Below are positions 31,678-40,809 of a DNA stretch of 64,000 nt, piece after piece. The notes beneath the pieces are model-generated. The model did not search any database and was not told the DNA's origin. It was given only the letters and a program-made list of their open reading frames with translations. Each line of letters begins with the position of its first letter. Position 1 is the first letter of the stretch. The DNA is from a virus (Duplodnaviria; Heunggongvirae; Uroviricota; Caudoviricetes): IMG/VR virus record IMGVR_UViG_3300042256_000013, positions 224,001 through 288,000 of that record. One strand, written 5' to 3'. The position numbers and the translations under genes were made by a program.

Positions 31678-31712
31678 AAAAAAGGCTAACTTATGTTGGC
31701 CTTTTGTTTTTT
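31678..31712 (+). terminator. Intrinsic terminator
   Basis: AAAAGGCTAAC-TTAT-GTTGGCCTTTT. Confidence 0.75.
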
Positions 31713-31760
31713 GTACCCTATAATAAATACAGGATACAACCATTATCTGAGGAATTTTTA

Positions 31761-33665
31761 ATGAGTGCATATACTATAAAAGGTGCGGAAGGTGTTGTTA
31801 TAAATAGTACTTACTTTTTAGAACTACCAAAAGCCCCTACAAAACAAACAACCTACGCTGAACGTGCAGGTATGATTCGTTATAACTCAGAATGGAAAGC
31901 ATTTGAAGGTGTAATTGAATTCACTGATGGTTCACTAGATTATCGCCGTTTCGCACAACTTGATGAAAACGGTCAATTACAAACTTCCCAATTACCAGAT
32001 TCCATAACCAGTGGTATGCAATGGATTGGTACTTATGCTCCTATTTCTGATGATATTGATCCACCTGTCGATTCTGCATATACTAAACTTCCAGCACCAA
32101 TTACGGATAATGCTGGTCAGTACTACATTGTACGCGGAATTTATGATTCTGCTGTAACACACTTTAGAGCAAATAACCCAACTACTGATACAGTAATATT
32201 CACTCCAGCAAACCCAAGTTCTGCGGGTAACTGGATTCAAATAAAATATTATATTGATACAGATCCAACAAATGTTGCAAATAAAATAGTGGTTGCTGCT
32301 TTTGCAAGAATAGTAACTGCAAGTATTCCAGGTACAGGCCATGAAGGATTAATGTCTCTTGCATCAAATGATGCTAATTTAACTGCTGCATTTACTGCTA
32401 TTGTTGATAAAACTGCTGAACTTGGTATTACTGATGGTGACTGGATTATAAGTACTGGTACAACGAATGTTCGTCTTCGCCAAAATCGTGTAAGTGTAAG
32501 TGCAGGTGCAGTATCATTTGATAGAACGTTTATGACCTCATCAAATAGACCTCTTACAAATAGTTCAGGTACAGTTCAAACTATCATTGATAGTCTCATT
32601 GTGCAAGGATTACGCCGCACAGGAGACTCCATGTACAACGATGGAACTACTGGTGCAGGTAGATTAGGGTTAACGTATGGTACTGCTGGTGCTCCATCTA
32701 TAGCGTTTAACAGCAATCCATTCGATGCTATTACTAATCCAGGTGTTAATCCTGCGTTATGGTCTGATACCAGTACTGGTATATTCCATCCAGCTAATGG
32801 AAGCATTGGTTTATCTTCAAATGGTACTGAACGTTTACGTATTAGTCCTACACAAATGATATTATATCCAGTGACTACAAGTACTAATGCTGTACCAAAT
32901 ATTTTATTCTCAGCTACTGGTAATACCGTATTAGGTATGAATGTAAAATCTAATACAATTGATTTTGTTAGCAATAGTGCAGTGAACGTTAGTTTAGCAC
33001 AAGGATTAAGCACATTCAATGGAAATGTGGTTGTTACTGGCAATACTACTTTAGGTGATGCTGGAACGGATACATTGACTGTAAATGCCGCAAGTACTTT
33101 TGCTGGAACAACACTATTCAATAATGCAACTAATAGATTTGCATTAGGTGCAGTTCTATCTAGTGCAGCTACTTTGTCATTTGAAGGTACGAGTACTGCT
33201 ACAATGGCTAAAACTGCCACGGAATTACGTTTCAATATGGGTTCTTTTGATGATGTGTCAATATATGATGGTACAACATTAAGGACTAAATTTAATCGTT
33301 ATGGTATTCAGTTGCCAGTTCTTAACCCAATTGATAATGCAGTTGGTGTGAATGGCATGATTGCTTATAGTACAGAAAGGAATGCAGTAATTCAAAAATC
33401 TAATGGAACTTGGACAACTGTTGGTTCTGGTGGAGGAATTGCAACATCATTTACTGTTGCAAATTGGGTTTTAAGTGGTTCTAATTATACATATACCATA
33501 TCTAATCCAAATATTCAAATGGTTTATGTTCAAGAACTGTCTGGTTCTAATTATACACATGTTGAAGTTGATTCAATAGTTATTTCTCCAACTAATGCTG
33601 TACTTTCAGTACCAGCTTCTCCAGATTTACGATTTGCAGGACGAGTTATAGTACAATATCAATAA
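31761..33665 (+). CDS. Fibre/virion structural protein
   Basis: AGMIRYNSE..AFEG, GTAGAPSIAF, DTSTGIF; shares GNTTLGD..TDTLTVNA.STF with long fibre; RBS GAGGA before ATG 31761. Confidence 0.65.
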   Translation: MSAYTIKGAEGVVINSTYFLELPKAPTKQTTYAERAGMIRYNSEWKAFEGVIEFTDGSLDYRRFAQLDENGQLQTSQLPDSITSGMQWIGTYAPISDDIDPPVDSAYTKLPAPITDNAGQYYIVRGIYDSAVTHFRANNPTTDTVIFTPANPSSAGNWIQIKYYIDTDPTNVANKIVVAAFARIVTASIPGTGHEGLMSLASNDANLTAAFTAIVDKTAELGITDGDWIISTGTTNVRLRQNRVSVSAGAVSFDRTFMTSSNRPLTNSSGTVQTIIDSLIVQGLRRTGDSMYNDGTTGAGRLGLTYGTAGAPSIAFNSNPFDAITNPGVNPALWSDTSTGIFHPANGSIGLSSNGTERLRISPTQMILYPVTTSTNAVPNILFSATGNTVLGMNVKSNTIDFVSNSAVNVSLAQGLSTFNGNVVVTGNTTLGDAGTDTLTVNAASTFAGTTLFNNATNRFALGAVLSSAATLSFEGTSTATMAKTATELRFNMGSFDDVSIYDGTTLRTKFNRYGIQLPVLNPIDNAVGVNGMIAYSTERNAVIQKSNGTWTTVGSGGGIATSFTVANWVLSGSNYTYTISNPNIQMVYVQELSGSNYTHVEVDSIVISPTNAVLSVPASPDLRFAGRVIVQYQ

Positions 33666-33666
33666 C

Positions 33667-33694
33667 AAAAAAGGGAGCCAATGGCTCCCTTTTT
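33667..33694. terminator. Bidirectional terminator identical to 15432..15459
   Basis: Same 28-mer between convergent genes. Confidence 0.85.
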
Positions 33695-33697
33695 ATT

Positions 33698-33949
33698 TTA
33701 AATCAGATATGAGGTAATCCAATTAGAATGTTTAAGATATTTTTCATCTTTAGTATACAATTTTTGATTATAATTATTCAAAGAATCATCTTTATAATGT
33801 ACATATGCTATTGACGAATGTTCTAAACATGCATAAATGTCACGGATTAATTCATTTTCAGTACTATAGGTTTCTTTATCAACCATATAAGCAACTGAAG
33901 AAAAGCATGGATTATCATGCTTGAAATGTACAGTTACTGTAAAATTCAT
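33698..33949 (-). CDS. Hypothetical protein
   Basis: 83 aa ORF coupled to thyA stop, ends at terminator. Confidence 0.55.
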   Translation of the reverse strand: MNFTVTVHFKHDNPCFSSVAYMVDKETYSTENELIRDIYACLEHSSIAYVHYKDDSLNNYNQKLYTKDEKYLKHSNWITSYLI

Positions 33950-34878
33950 TATACCGCCATTGGTGCTTTAATAGTTGCATCTGGATTATAATTTTCTAAT
34001 CTAAATGATTCCATAGAAAAATGTTCAATATTAGTAATACTCTTATCAATCCATAATGTAGGCATTTCACGTGGTTCACGTGCAAGTTGTTCTTGTACTG
34101 CATCAACATGGTTCTTATAGATATGAACATCTCCGCCCATCCACACAAACTCACCAACTTCTAGGCCACATACTTGTGCTAACATATGAGTTAGTAATGA
34201 ATAAGATGCGATATTGAATGGAACACCTAAGAATAGGTCACAACTACGTTGATATAGGATACAAGATAGTTTACCATCATTCACAAAGAATTGACTAAAA
34301 CAGTGACATGGAGGTAGTGCCATTTGATCAAGTTCACCTACGTTCCAAGCAGTCATAATATGACGGCGAGAATCAGGATTATTCTTTAATCCGTCAATTA
34401 GTACTTGAAGTTGATCAGTACTTCGACGCATAATAACACCACTAAATTGTGTAGCTTCAACTACAACATAGCCTTTTTCTTTCAAGACATTAATTTCATC
34501 AATATTTTGTGCAAATTGATAATCTACCCAATTACGCCATTGTTTCCCATACACTGGACCTAAATTGCCATCTGAATATCCTAGAGCGATACCTTGATTC
34601 AGGTAGTTGTCTGTCCAGATAGTTTTTTTAGATTCATCACGTGTACCGTATAATATTTCTGCAAGGCGGCGTTCATCATGTGAACCTTCAACGAACCAAA
34701 TAAGTTCAGAAGCCATTGCTTTCCAGGCTAGACGTTTAGTTGTTGGAGCAGGAAAATACTCAGAAAGGTCAAAACGCATTGTTTCACCCATGAGTTTAAT
34801 AGTACCTACACCAGTTCTGTCAGTACTTTCAGTACCAGATTCAAGAACTTTTTTGTATAGATCGTGTAATTGTTGCAT
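33949..34878 (-). CDS. thyA: Thymidylate synthase
   Basis: DRTGVGT, LGPVYGKQWR, NPDSRRHI, MALPPCH, YQRSCDLFLGVPFNIASY. Confidence 0.97.
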   Translation of the reverse strand: MQQLHDLYKKVLESGTESTDRTGVGTIKLMGETMRFDLSEYFPAPTTKRLAWKAMASELIWFVEGSHDERRLAEILYGTRDESKKTIWTDNYLNQGIALGYSDGNLGPVYGKQWRNWVDYQFAQNIDEINVLKEKGYVVVEATQFSGVIMRRSTDQLQVLIDGLKNNPDSRRHIMTAWNVGELDQMALPPCHCFSQFFVNDGKLSCILYQRSCDLFLGVPFNIASYSLLTHMLAQVCGLEVGEFVWMGGDVHIYKNHVDAVQEQLAREPREMPTLWIDKSITNIEHFSMESFRLENYNPDATIKAPMAV

Positions 34879-35209
34879 TCTCTTTCCTTAGAGCATAATT
34901 TTCTTCTTTTAGATGTTTAATAGTACTTTGAAAGTTTTGAATTAGTTGTTCAATATTACTTTGCAATTCACTAATTTGAGTATCAGCTTTATCTTGTTCT
35001 TCTTCTATAGTATTTTGTATTTCCCGCTTTATTTCTATTTCATGTTCAGATAATAAATTTTCAATATGGTCTGAATGTGCTTTTTCCAAATCGTCGATAA
35101 TCTTGTCGTACATATCTTTAGTACTTTCAGAACCAGATTCAACGCCTTCTTCATATCCAATATCATATCCAATATCATATTGATCCGGTATTTCTACTAT
35201 ATTTGTCAT
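34841..35209 (-). CDS. Hypothetical coiled-coil protein with GYxxG repeats
   Basis: YDIGYDIGYEEG followed by heptad-rich acidic helix; overlaps thyA start by 38 nt. Confidence 0.55.
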   Translation of the reverse strand: MTNIVEIPDQYDIGYDIGYEEGVESGSESTKDMYDKIIDDLEKAHSDHIENLLSEHEIEIKREIQNTIEEEQDKADTQISELQSNIEQLIQNFQSTIKHLKEENYALRKENATITRSIQKSS

Positions 35210-35796
35210 TAGATAAATTTCGCTTCAAATGCTCTCAAGTCTTCTTCAGTAGCACGTCTTGTGCCAATACCTGTCCATCTACCATGAGGTGCAGGAACTG
35301 ATTCAACTTGAATGAATTGTTTTGTTTCGTTACAGTACTTATATACTAACTTATCCATAATATCGAAATGATAGATTTCTTTTTCTTCTGATGGTAAGTC
35401 TAAGTACATTTGTACAGCCCATGCAGTTCCACCGTCTAATTGAGTAGGTGATACTAATTGACCAATGGTATATACACGTTCAGTACAGTAAATTTGATAG
35501 CTATTACGAGCTAATAGGTTGTAAACATATCCCCAACGCGGAACACTACGCCCTAAAGCTTTATTTGCTTGTTTGAGTTGTGAACCTACTTCATCAGAAG
35601 TAAGCATTTCAAATGGGAGTTCAAGTACTGTTTCAGGTTTTACATGTGCTTTATGACCTTTAAATGAAAAATGGACTTCATCATGTCCATTTTCCTCAGC
35701 CCACAAACCAAAAAGGCGGTCTGCACCCGCAGCACCGCCACTAAAACATACATTTTCGAACTCTAACAACATCTCTTGGAGATCATTGCGAGTCAT
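35209..35796 (-). CDS. SLOG-superfamily (YpsA-like) nucleotide-binding protein
   Basis: SGGAAGAD, LARN, GGTAWAV motifs. Confidence 0.65.
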   Translation of the reverse strand: MTRNDLQEMLLEFENVCFSGGAAGADRLFGLWAEENGHDEVHFSFKGHKAHVKPETVLELPFEMLTSDEVGSQLKQANKALGRSVPRWGYVYNLLARNSYQIYCTERVYTIGQLVSPTQLDGGTAWAVQMYLDLPSEEKEIYHFDIMDKLVYKYCNETKQFIQVESVPAPHGRWTGIGTRRATEEDLRAFEAKFI

Positions 35797-36091
35797 CTTC
35801 TTTATCTTCCAGTTTAGATAATAATTCTTTTATACTATCGTCTTCTAAAGAGAAACTTGTTTCCAGAGCCGCTAGAATAACGGCTGCTGATTTAATAAGA
35901 GATTGACGGAATTCGTCAAACGAAACATGTTTATCAGGTCTAGAAGCACTTTCAAATAAGTAGTACCCAGCTAAACCTGTCCAATCATTCTTCGTTTTAA
36001 GATGATCTGCTAAAGTATTTGGGTTGCTCATTTGTTTCAAGCGTTCTTCAATTATTAACTGAAGAATTTCTTCCCTACTAACTTTTGACAT
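35783..36091 (-). CDS. MazG-like all-alpha protein
   Basis: I.EERLKQ...D.....DW and LIKSAAVILAALE pattern. Confidence 0.45.
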   Translation of the reverse strand: MSKVSREEILQLIIEERLKQMSNPNTLADHLKTKNDWTGLAGYYLFESASRPDKHVSFDEFRQSLIKSAAVILAALETSFSLEDDSIKELLSKLEDKEDDSQ

Positions 36092-36768
36092 TATTCACCT
36101 TTACGTTCTTTCAATGCTTTTTTGACAAGTTCTACTGCTTTAGCTTGAGAAATACCTTCTGGTAGTTCAAGATACAAAGTAGTTTTAACTTCTTCGTCTT
36201 CAACTGCTGTATCAGATGGTAGTACAATTGCTTGTGCTTGTGGACGTAGACTTGGATCTAAGTTATAAGCACGTTCGCGATTTTCACGAGCTAGAGTTTC
36301 ATACTTAACTGCTTCTTCAAGCAGACGAGAAACAATAGTACCTTGTTCTGGATATTGAACAGTGCTTTCTTGTTGTTCGTAAGGATTGAATGCTTTAACA
36401 GTACCGTCTTGTACAACTGCACTTTGGTTAATTTCTTCATTCAGTACGTTTAGAGGAATCTTATTAGTTCCACCAACATGCATATCAATATCTAGGGTAT
36501 TTTGTTTACGGATATATCCCATACGGTGAAGTACGGAAAGCATGTTCCCACCTTCTAGGGTTCCGATTTTGTCCATTACATCCCATAGTTCAATAGAACT
36601 TTGACCACGACCGAGAACAAGCTCAGCAACACGGTTAGAATAAACTTCAGGGAGAGAGTCACGATAGACTACTAGGCAATGGGTTGGGTCATTTTCTAAT
36701 TGACGCCATACTACGAAAACACGAGAACCAGTACTACGAACTACACCACAATGACGTACAATACTCAT
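36091..36768 (-). CDS. Conserved hypothetical jumbo-phage protein
   Basis: RBS AAGGAG before ATG 36768 (MSIVRHCG). Confidence 0.6.
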   Translation of the reverse strand: MSIVRHCGVVRSTGSRVFVVWRQLENDPTHCLVVYRDSLPEVYSNRVAELVLGRGQSSIELWDVMDKIGTLEGGNMLSVLHRMGYIRKQNTLDIDMHVGGTNKIPLNVLNEEINQSAVVQDGTVKAFNPYEQQESTVQYPEQGTIVSRLLEEAVKYETLARENRERAYNLDPSLRPQAQAIVLPSDTAVEDEEVKTTLYLELPEGISQAKAVELVKKALKERKGE

Positions 36769-36769
36769 A

Positions 36770-37003
36770 TTATTCTCCTTCTTTCGCAGAAGCATCTTGC
36801 TCAGCAGCACGAGCTTCTTGATCTGCTAGAATAGCAGCAGAGAAATCCTGGAAACGGGATACGATAGGTGCAACATCAGCAAGTTCTTTAACATTAAAGA
36901 TCCCACGCTCAATTGCTGCTTCCATGATTTTTGTAGCATTGATAATATCAATGAATTCTAGTTGTGGTCCAACTACGGTTTCGTCTTGAATTTGATTGCT
37001 CAT
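36770..37003 (-). CDS. Hypothetical protein
   Basis: RBS GGAG before ATG 37003 (MSNQIQ); promoter at 37037-37066. Confidence 0.6.
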   Translation of the reverse strand: MSNQIQDETVVGPQLEFIDIINATKIMEAAIERGIFNVKELADVAPIVSRFQDFSAAILADQEARAAEQDASAKEGE

Positions 37004-37036
37004 TATATACACTCCATGTATTTTTGAATTATCTAT

Positions 37037-37066
37037 ATTATACCACAAAATTGCGGTACGTTTCAA
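37037..37066 (-). promoter_or_regulatory. Sigma70-like promoter, extended -10
   Basis: TTGAAA-N18-TATAAT with TGTGG extension. Confidence 0.7.
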
Positions 37067-37107
37067 ATATTTGTAAGGTCGCCATCCTGACGACCTTCTA
37101 TTTAGTA

Positions 37108-38487
37108 TTACGCCACTTGTTGTTCAAGTTCGTAATGAACTGTCACACCAAATGGAGCTTCTACTTTAGGGTTTGAATGAATTACAAACATTGTATCACA
37201 ATAATTTGGATCACCCCATGAACCCCACGGTTCACCATCCGTAAACATTACTAATTGTTTTGGACAGTAATCATCTTCTTTCATGAAATCCCATACTTTA
37301 GTAAACAAAGTACCGCCACCACCACGAACAGGATACTGAAGAATTTGCTGTTCTTGTCCAGTGGTATAATCATGTACTTCATAAATTTCAGTGTCAAATG
37401 TGAGAACACGAATTTTGAATTGTGAGAATTGTTTGGTCATACCATAAACTTCTGATAAGAAGTCTTGTAGCCATTCTGCACGAATACTACCAGATGCATC
37501 TAATGCAATGCAAATATCAATATCCTCATCAGGTTTCATTCCTGGATAGATAGGCATACCATATCCAATTCCATTAGACCATGAACGTCTGTTCGGCATC
37601 ATGTATGTTACATCATTTTTAATCAAAGAACGTAAAGTACGGTTCAATTTAGAACGCCAGTCAATCTTAGGTTCTTTGAATTCCTGAACCATAGCACGAA
37701 TTTCTGGAGGTGCACCATGTGCTGCCATAGCTGCGTTAATCATTGCATCTTTAAATGCATCCATGAATCCTTCGAGTTCTTCTGGTGAAAAACTTGGAAA
37801 TTCATCATTTTCATCATTTTCACCATCACCATCACTATCATCACCAGATGATGGATCTCCTTGTTGTGGAATATCATGTTGGTCTAATGTTCCACCACCA
37901 GTACCTCGTCCACCGCCGCCAGATTCTTCTTGTTCCTTACGATCCATAAGAATGTTGTAAATTTCTTCAGCAGGCATCTTATCAAATTCAGGAGAGAATA
38001 ACCAAGATTTACGAATTTCACCAAGTGCTTTATCTCGTTCAATAATTTGGTTAATTGCATAATCAGCAGCTTTATTCCACATCTTAGCATCTCGTGTACC
38101 TTTACGCAAGAAGTGATTATAAGCACAATGAAGAATTTCATGACATACTGCTGCGATTAAATTTTGTTGAGTTAATCCATTCAGAGCATCATTAATTTGT
38201 TCAGTAGTGAGATCATCAATACTATCACGAAGCCTGTCTTCGTATTCTTGACGGCGAGTTGGGTCTTCGATACCCATAATAAACTCTACATTGTAGTAAA
38301 GATGCTTACCATCTACTGCCAATGTACGGCACCAAGTATTATTAGCAATTGGTTCTAATTGAGCAGCCAGTACCCCAAAGAATGGACATGCCATAATCAT
38401 AGTTGTACGTGCTATAATAAGTTTTTCAAAGCATTCTTTTGCTAATGTTTCAGATACTTCATATCTAGTGTATTTTTTTGTTGTCAT
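37108..38487 (-). CDS. DUF2201-type metallopeptidase-like + vWA domain protein
   Basis: HEILH (HExxH), WNKAADYAIN, DASGS MIDAS, GGGGT.F, FTDG; RBS GAGG before ATG 38487. Confidence 0.85.
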   Translation of the reverse strand: MTTKKYTRYEVSETLAKECFEKLIIARTTMIMACPFFGVLAAQLEPIANNTWCRTLAVDGKHLYYNVEFIMGIEDPTRRQEYEDRLRDSIDDLTTEQINDALNGLTQQNLIAAVCHEILHCAYNHFLRKGTRDAKMWNKAADYAINQIIERDKALGEIRKSWLFSPEFDKMPAEEIYNILMDRKEQEESGGGGRGTGGGTLDQHDIPQQGDPSSGDDSDGDGENDENDEFPSFSPEELEGFMDAFKDAMINAAMAAHGAPPEIRAMVQEFKEPKIDWRSKLNRTLRSLIKNDVTYMMPNRRSWSNGIGYGMPIYPGMKPDEDIDICIALDASGSIRAEWLQDFLSEVYGMTKQFSQFKIRVLTFDTEIYEVHDYTTGQEQQILQYPVRGGGGTLFTKVWDFMKEDDYCPKQLVMFTDGEPWGSWGDPNYCDTMFVIHSNPKVEAPFGVTVHYELEQQVA

Positions 38488-38503
38488 AAAATCCTCAAAT
38501 AAC

Positions 38504-38525
38504 AAAAGGGGCATAAGCCCCTTTT
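38504..38525 (-). terminator. Intrinsic terminator between MoxR and vWA genes
   Basis: AAAAGGGGC-ATAA-GCCCCTTTT. Confidence 0.7.
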
Positions 38526-38532
38526 ATGTTTA

Positions 38533-39870
38533 TTACTTCATTGTACGTGCTTTACGCAGTAGTGGACCATATTCTGTTACAAATGGTTTGAATGCTGGCA
38601 CTTCTTTGTAGGTAATATTTACATCCGCATCCGTAATAGCACGAATAGCATGTACAATAAGTTCCTTTTGAGTATCAGAGAATTGAGAATCAAGGAAATG
38701 AACAAAACTGGTGCAGTACAAGCACCAAGTTTCTAATGGCAATGTACCATTTTGTTTATGTTCAAAGAACTCAATAATTTTCTGAGTCAGGCTAAGTGTA
38801 ATGAAGTAGTTTTTAGAAATTTCTTTCTTATGATCACCAAAATCAGTTACAATACCATTCAGAATATCCATTACATCTGGTAAATCTGCCATGTTTTTGA
38901 TATAAGTTACATATTCAATACCCGCAGTACTACCAACACGCCCTGCAACCATTGCTTTATATACAGGTTCAGAAATATTTTTACTATCACGAACATTCTG
39001 AATATCAGATACGCGAGTCCATGAACGAGGGGATGAACCACCACTATGACTAGTATCTTTAGGACTTAGGGTATTAAAGTGTTTTGTACCAGTTTGGTGA
39101 ATAAATGCGATAGTACCTGGATTTAAACGTGATGGAATTGCAAAGTTGTTAAGCCAGTCAACGTAATCTGCAATCATTTCTACGTGAGTCATACGGTCAC
39201 GCAGTGGAGTTGCTAGTGAGAAGGTTACACCACCATCAGTTTCACGGTTCCCTGCTGCCAAAATCAGGCATTGTTGAGGAAGAATAAGTTCACCAACGCG
39301 ACGATCAAGAATTAACTGATAAGAAGCAGCCTGAACAATTGGCATTGCGGAGTTAATTTCGTCAAAAATGATTACACCTTGCCAATCACGAGGAAGTTGT
39401 AACATTTTAGGAGCAGCCCAAACAACACCAGTTTCTTCAGTATATCCTGGATTATCAGCAAGTTCATGTTCAAGAATTACTTTTCCAGTACGACTCAAGA
39501 AGTACTTGACAGGAATTGGAATACCACGAAGATCAGAAGGTTCAACTTGAGAAAGACGGAAGTCAATAAAGTTCTCATCCTGATCAAGCAATGAATCGTT
39601 AAATGCATTGTAATCAGCCATTGTTACCATTTCATCATCTGGATCTTCAGCACGTTGTAGCATATATGCTAAACGGTTAACGTTATTTTTCCTTAGAGGA
39701 TAGTTTTCATTTGCATATTGCAAAGCAATTGCAGATTTACCAATACCAGGGGAACCCCAAATCATCAAACTATCTCGGCATAAATCTGCCACCATCATAG
39801 CTTCCATAATTTGAGAAGGTTTTAAATCATAGTTTAGAACATTGTTTTCTTTTGCGACTGCGTTACTCAT
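38533..39870 (-). CDS. MoxR-like AAA+ ATPase
   Basis: WGSPGIGKS, DLRGIP, FDEINSA, AAGN, SPRSW; adjacent to vWA partner. Confidence 0.85.
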   Translation of the reverse strand: MSNAVAKENNVLNYDLKPSQIMEAMMVADLCRDSLMIWGSPGIGKSAIALQYANENYPLRKNNVNRLAYMLQRAEDPDDEMVTMADYNAFNDSLLDQDENFIDFRLSQVEPSDLRGIPIPVKYFLSRTGKVILEHELADNPGYTEETGVVWAAPKMLQLPRDWQGVIIFDEINSAMPIVQAASYQLILDRRVGELILPQQCLILAAGNRETDGGVTFSLATPLRDRMTHVEMIADYVDWLNNFAIPSRLNPGTIAFIHQTGTKHFNTLSPKDTSHSGGSSPRSWTRVSDIQNVRDSKNISEPVYKAMVAGRVGSTAGIEYVTYIKNMADLPDVMDILNGIVTDFGDHKKEISKNYFITLSLTQKIIEFFEHKQNGTLPLETWCLYCTSFVHFLDSQFSDTQKELIVHAIRAITDADVNITYKEVPAFKPFVTEYGPLLRKARTMK

Positions 39871-39926
39871 ATTCGTTTTCTTCTACCAGTTTGTTATGTT
39901 GTAATACTTAACCAATTCCGTTTGGC

Positions 39927-39961
39927 AAAAAAGAAAGCACTGATTTGCGTCAGTGCTTTTT
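39927..39961 (-). terminator. Intrinsic terminator
   Basis: AAAGCACTGA/TCAGTGCTTT stem with flanking A/T runs. Confidence 0.7.
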
Positions 39962-39989
39962 AGCTTCCATTGTTTTTCTTAACAATTCC

Positions 39990-40019
39990 ATTATACCACA
40001 AATTTACTTTCCGTTTCAC
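39990..40019 (-). promoter_or_regulatory. Sigma70-like promoter, extended -10
   Basis: GTGAAA-N18-TATAAT with TGTGG extension. Confidence 0.6.
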
Positions 40020-40390
40020 AAAAATGCGGCAAACAACTTAGAAAAATCATCTCTACAAAATGTGAGTTGTGCGATCACTAAGTCGTCTGATAAGTACAAA
40101 GTATCTCCTACTATATAGTATGGAGTGGTGCAAATACGGTCTAAAGATGTGTAAACGTTCGAATTACGATCCTGCTTCTTAAGCGGAATAGCTAGGAACT
40201 CATATAAGGAATTGTCTTCGCATATTTGAAATCCTAATTTACTCAACCGCAAGCCACCACCAGTTCTGTAATTATCAAAAATGGATAATAGTATCATTCT
40301 ATCATTAAGTTCAGAATCAAATTCATAAACTTCTTTAATAGAATGTAATATACCATATTGAATTTCAGTACTGTTGGTTCTTGGGACCAT
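40016..40390 (-). CDS. Hypothetical protein
   Basis: 124 aa ORF ending the minus-strand late block; GLRLSKLG motif. Confidence 0.55.
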   Translation of the reverse strand: MVPRTNSTEIQYGILHSIKEVYEFDSELNDRMILLSIFDNYRTGGGLRLSKLGFQICEDNSLYEFLAIPLKKQDRNSNVYTSLDRICTTPYYIVGDTLYLSDDLVIAQLTFCRDDFSKLFAAFL

Positions 40391-40392
40391 AA

Positions 40393-40809
40393 TTAGATTC
40401 CCACAAAACCTTTCTTCTCAGGATATGAAGAACCTTGTGGGTTTTCATAATTCTGAGTTCCGTTGTCATCAAAAGATGGTCCCATACCTTCAGCACCATA
40501 ATCTTCTTCAATTTCTTCTTCAGGTTCTTCTGAATACTCAGAATCCCCTTCGTCGCCCATATCAAAATCATCAGCACCCGGAGAAACGAGTTCTTTTAAA
40601 GATTCAGAAATATTTTTTAAATCAGATGTGAGTGAAGATAAATCTTCGATAGAACCATCAGCAACTTTACCAGATAGTTCACGTAGGGAGCCTACAATAT
40701 CTTTTAATAGTTCTGGTGCAGATAGTTCAGTTTCTTCTTGTTCAAACGATTCATCGTCTGCTTCATAAATGTCATCAATAGATTCCATTAAAATTTTCAT
40801 GCTACTCAT
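40393..40809 (-). CDS. Acidic protein, putative internal head protein
   Basis: Very acidic; ILMES, IYEA [IL]xE sites near N-terminus. Confidence 0.45.
   Translation of the reverse strand: MSSMKILMESIDDIYEADDESFEQEETELSAPELLKDIVGSLRELSGKVADGSIEDLSSLTSDLKNISESLKELVSPGADDFDMGDEGDSEYSEEPEEEIEEDYGAEGMGPSFDDNGTQNYENPQGSSYPEKKGFVGI

Noticed and set aside
25985-33235. Many long antisense ORFs in the fibre genes (e.g. 25985..26719, 30197..30586, 32576..33235)
   Set aside because: Shadow of the Thr/Gly/Val codon bias on the coding strand; no RBS or recognisable motifs.
34410-34535. Intron or intein in thyA
   Set aside because: Only a ~30-aa in-frame insertion at a known variable loop; no splice or intein motifs.
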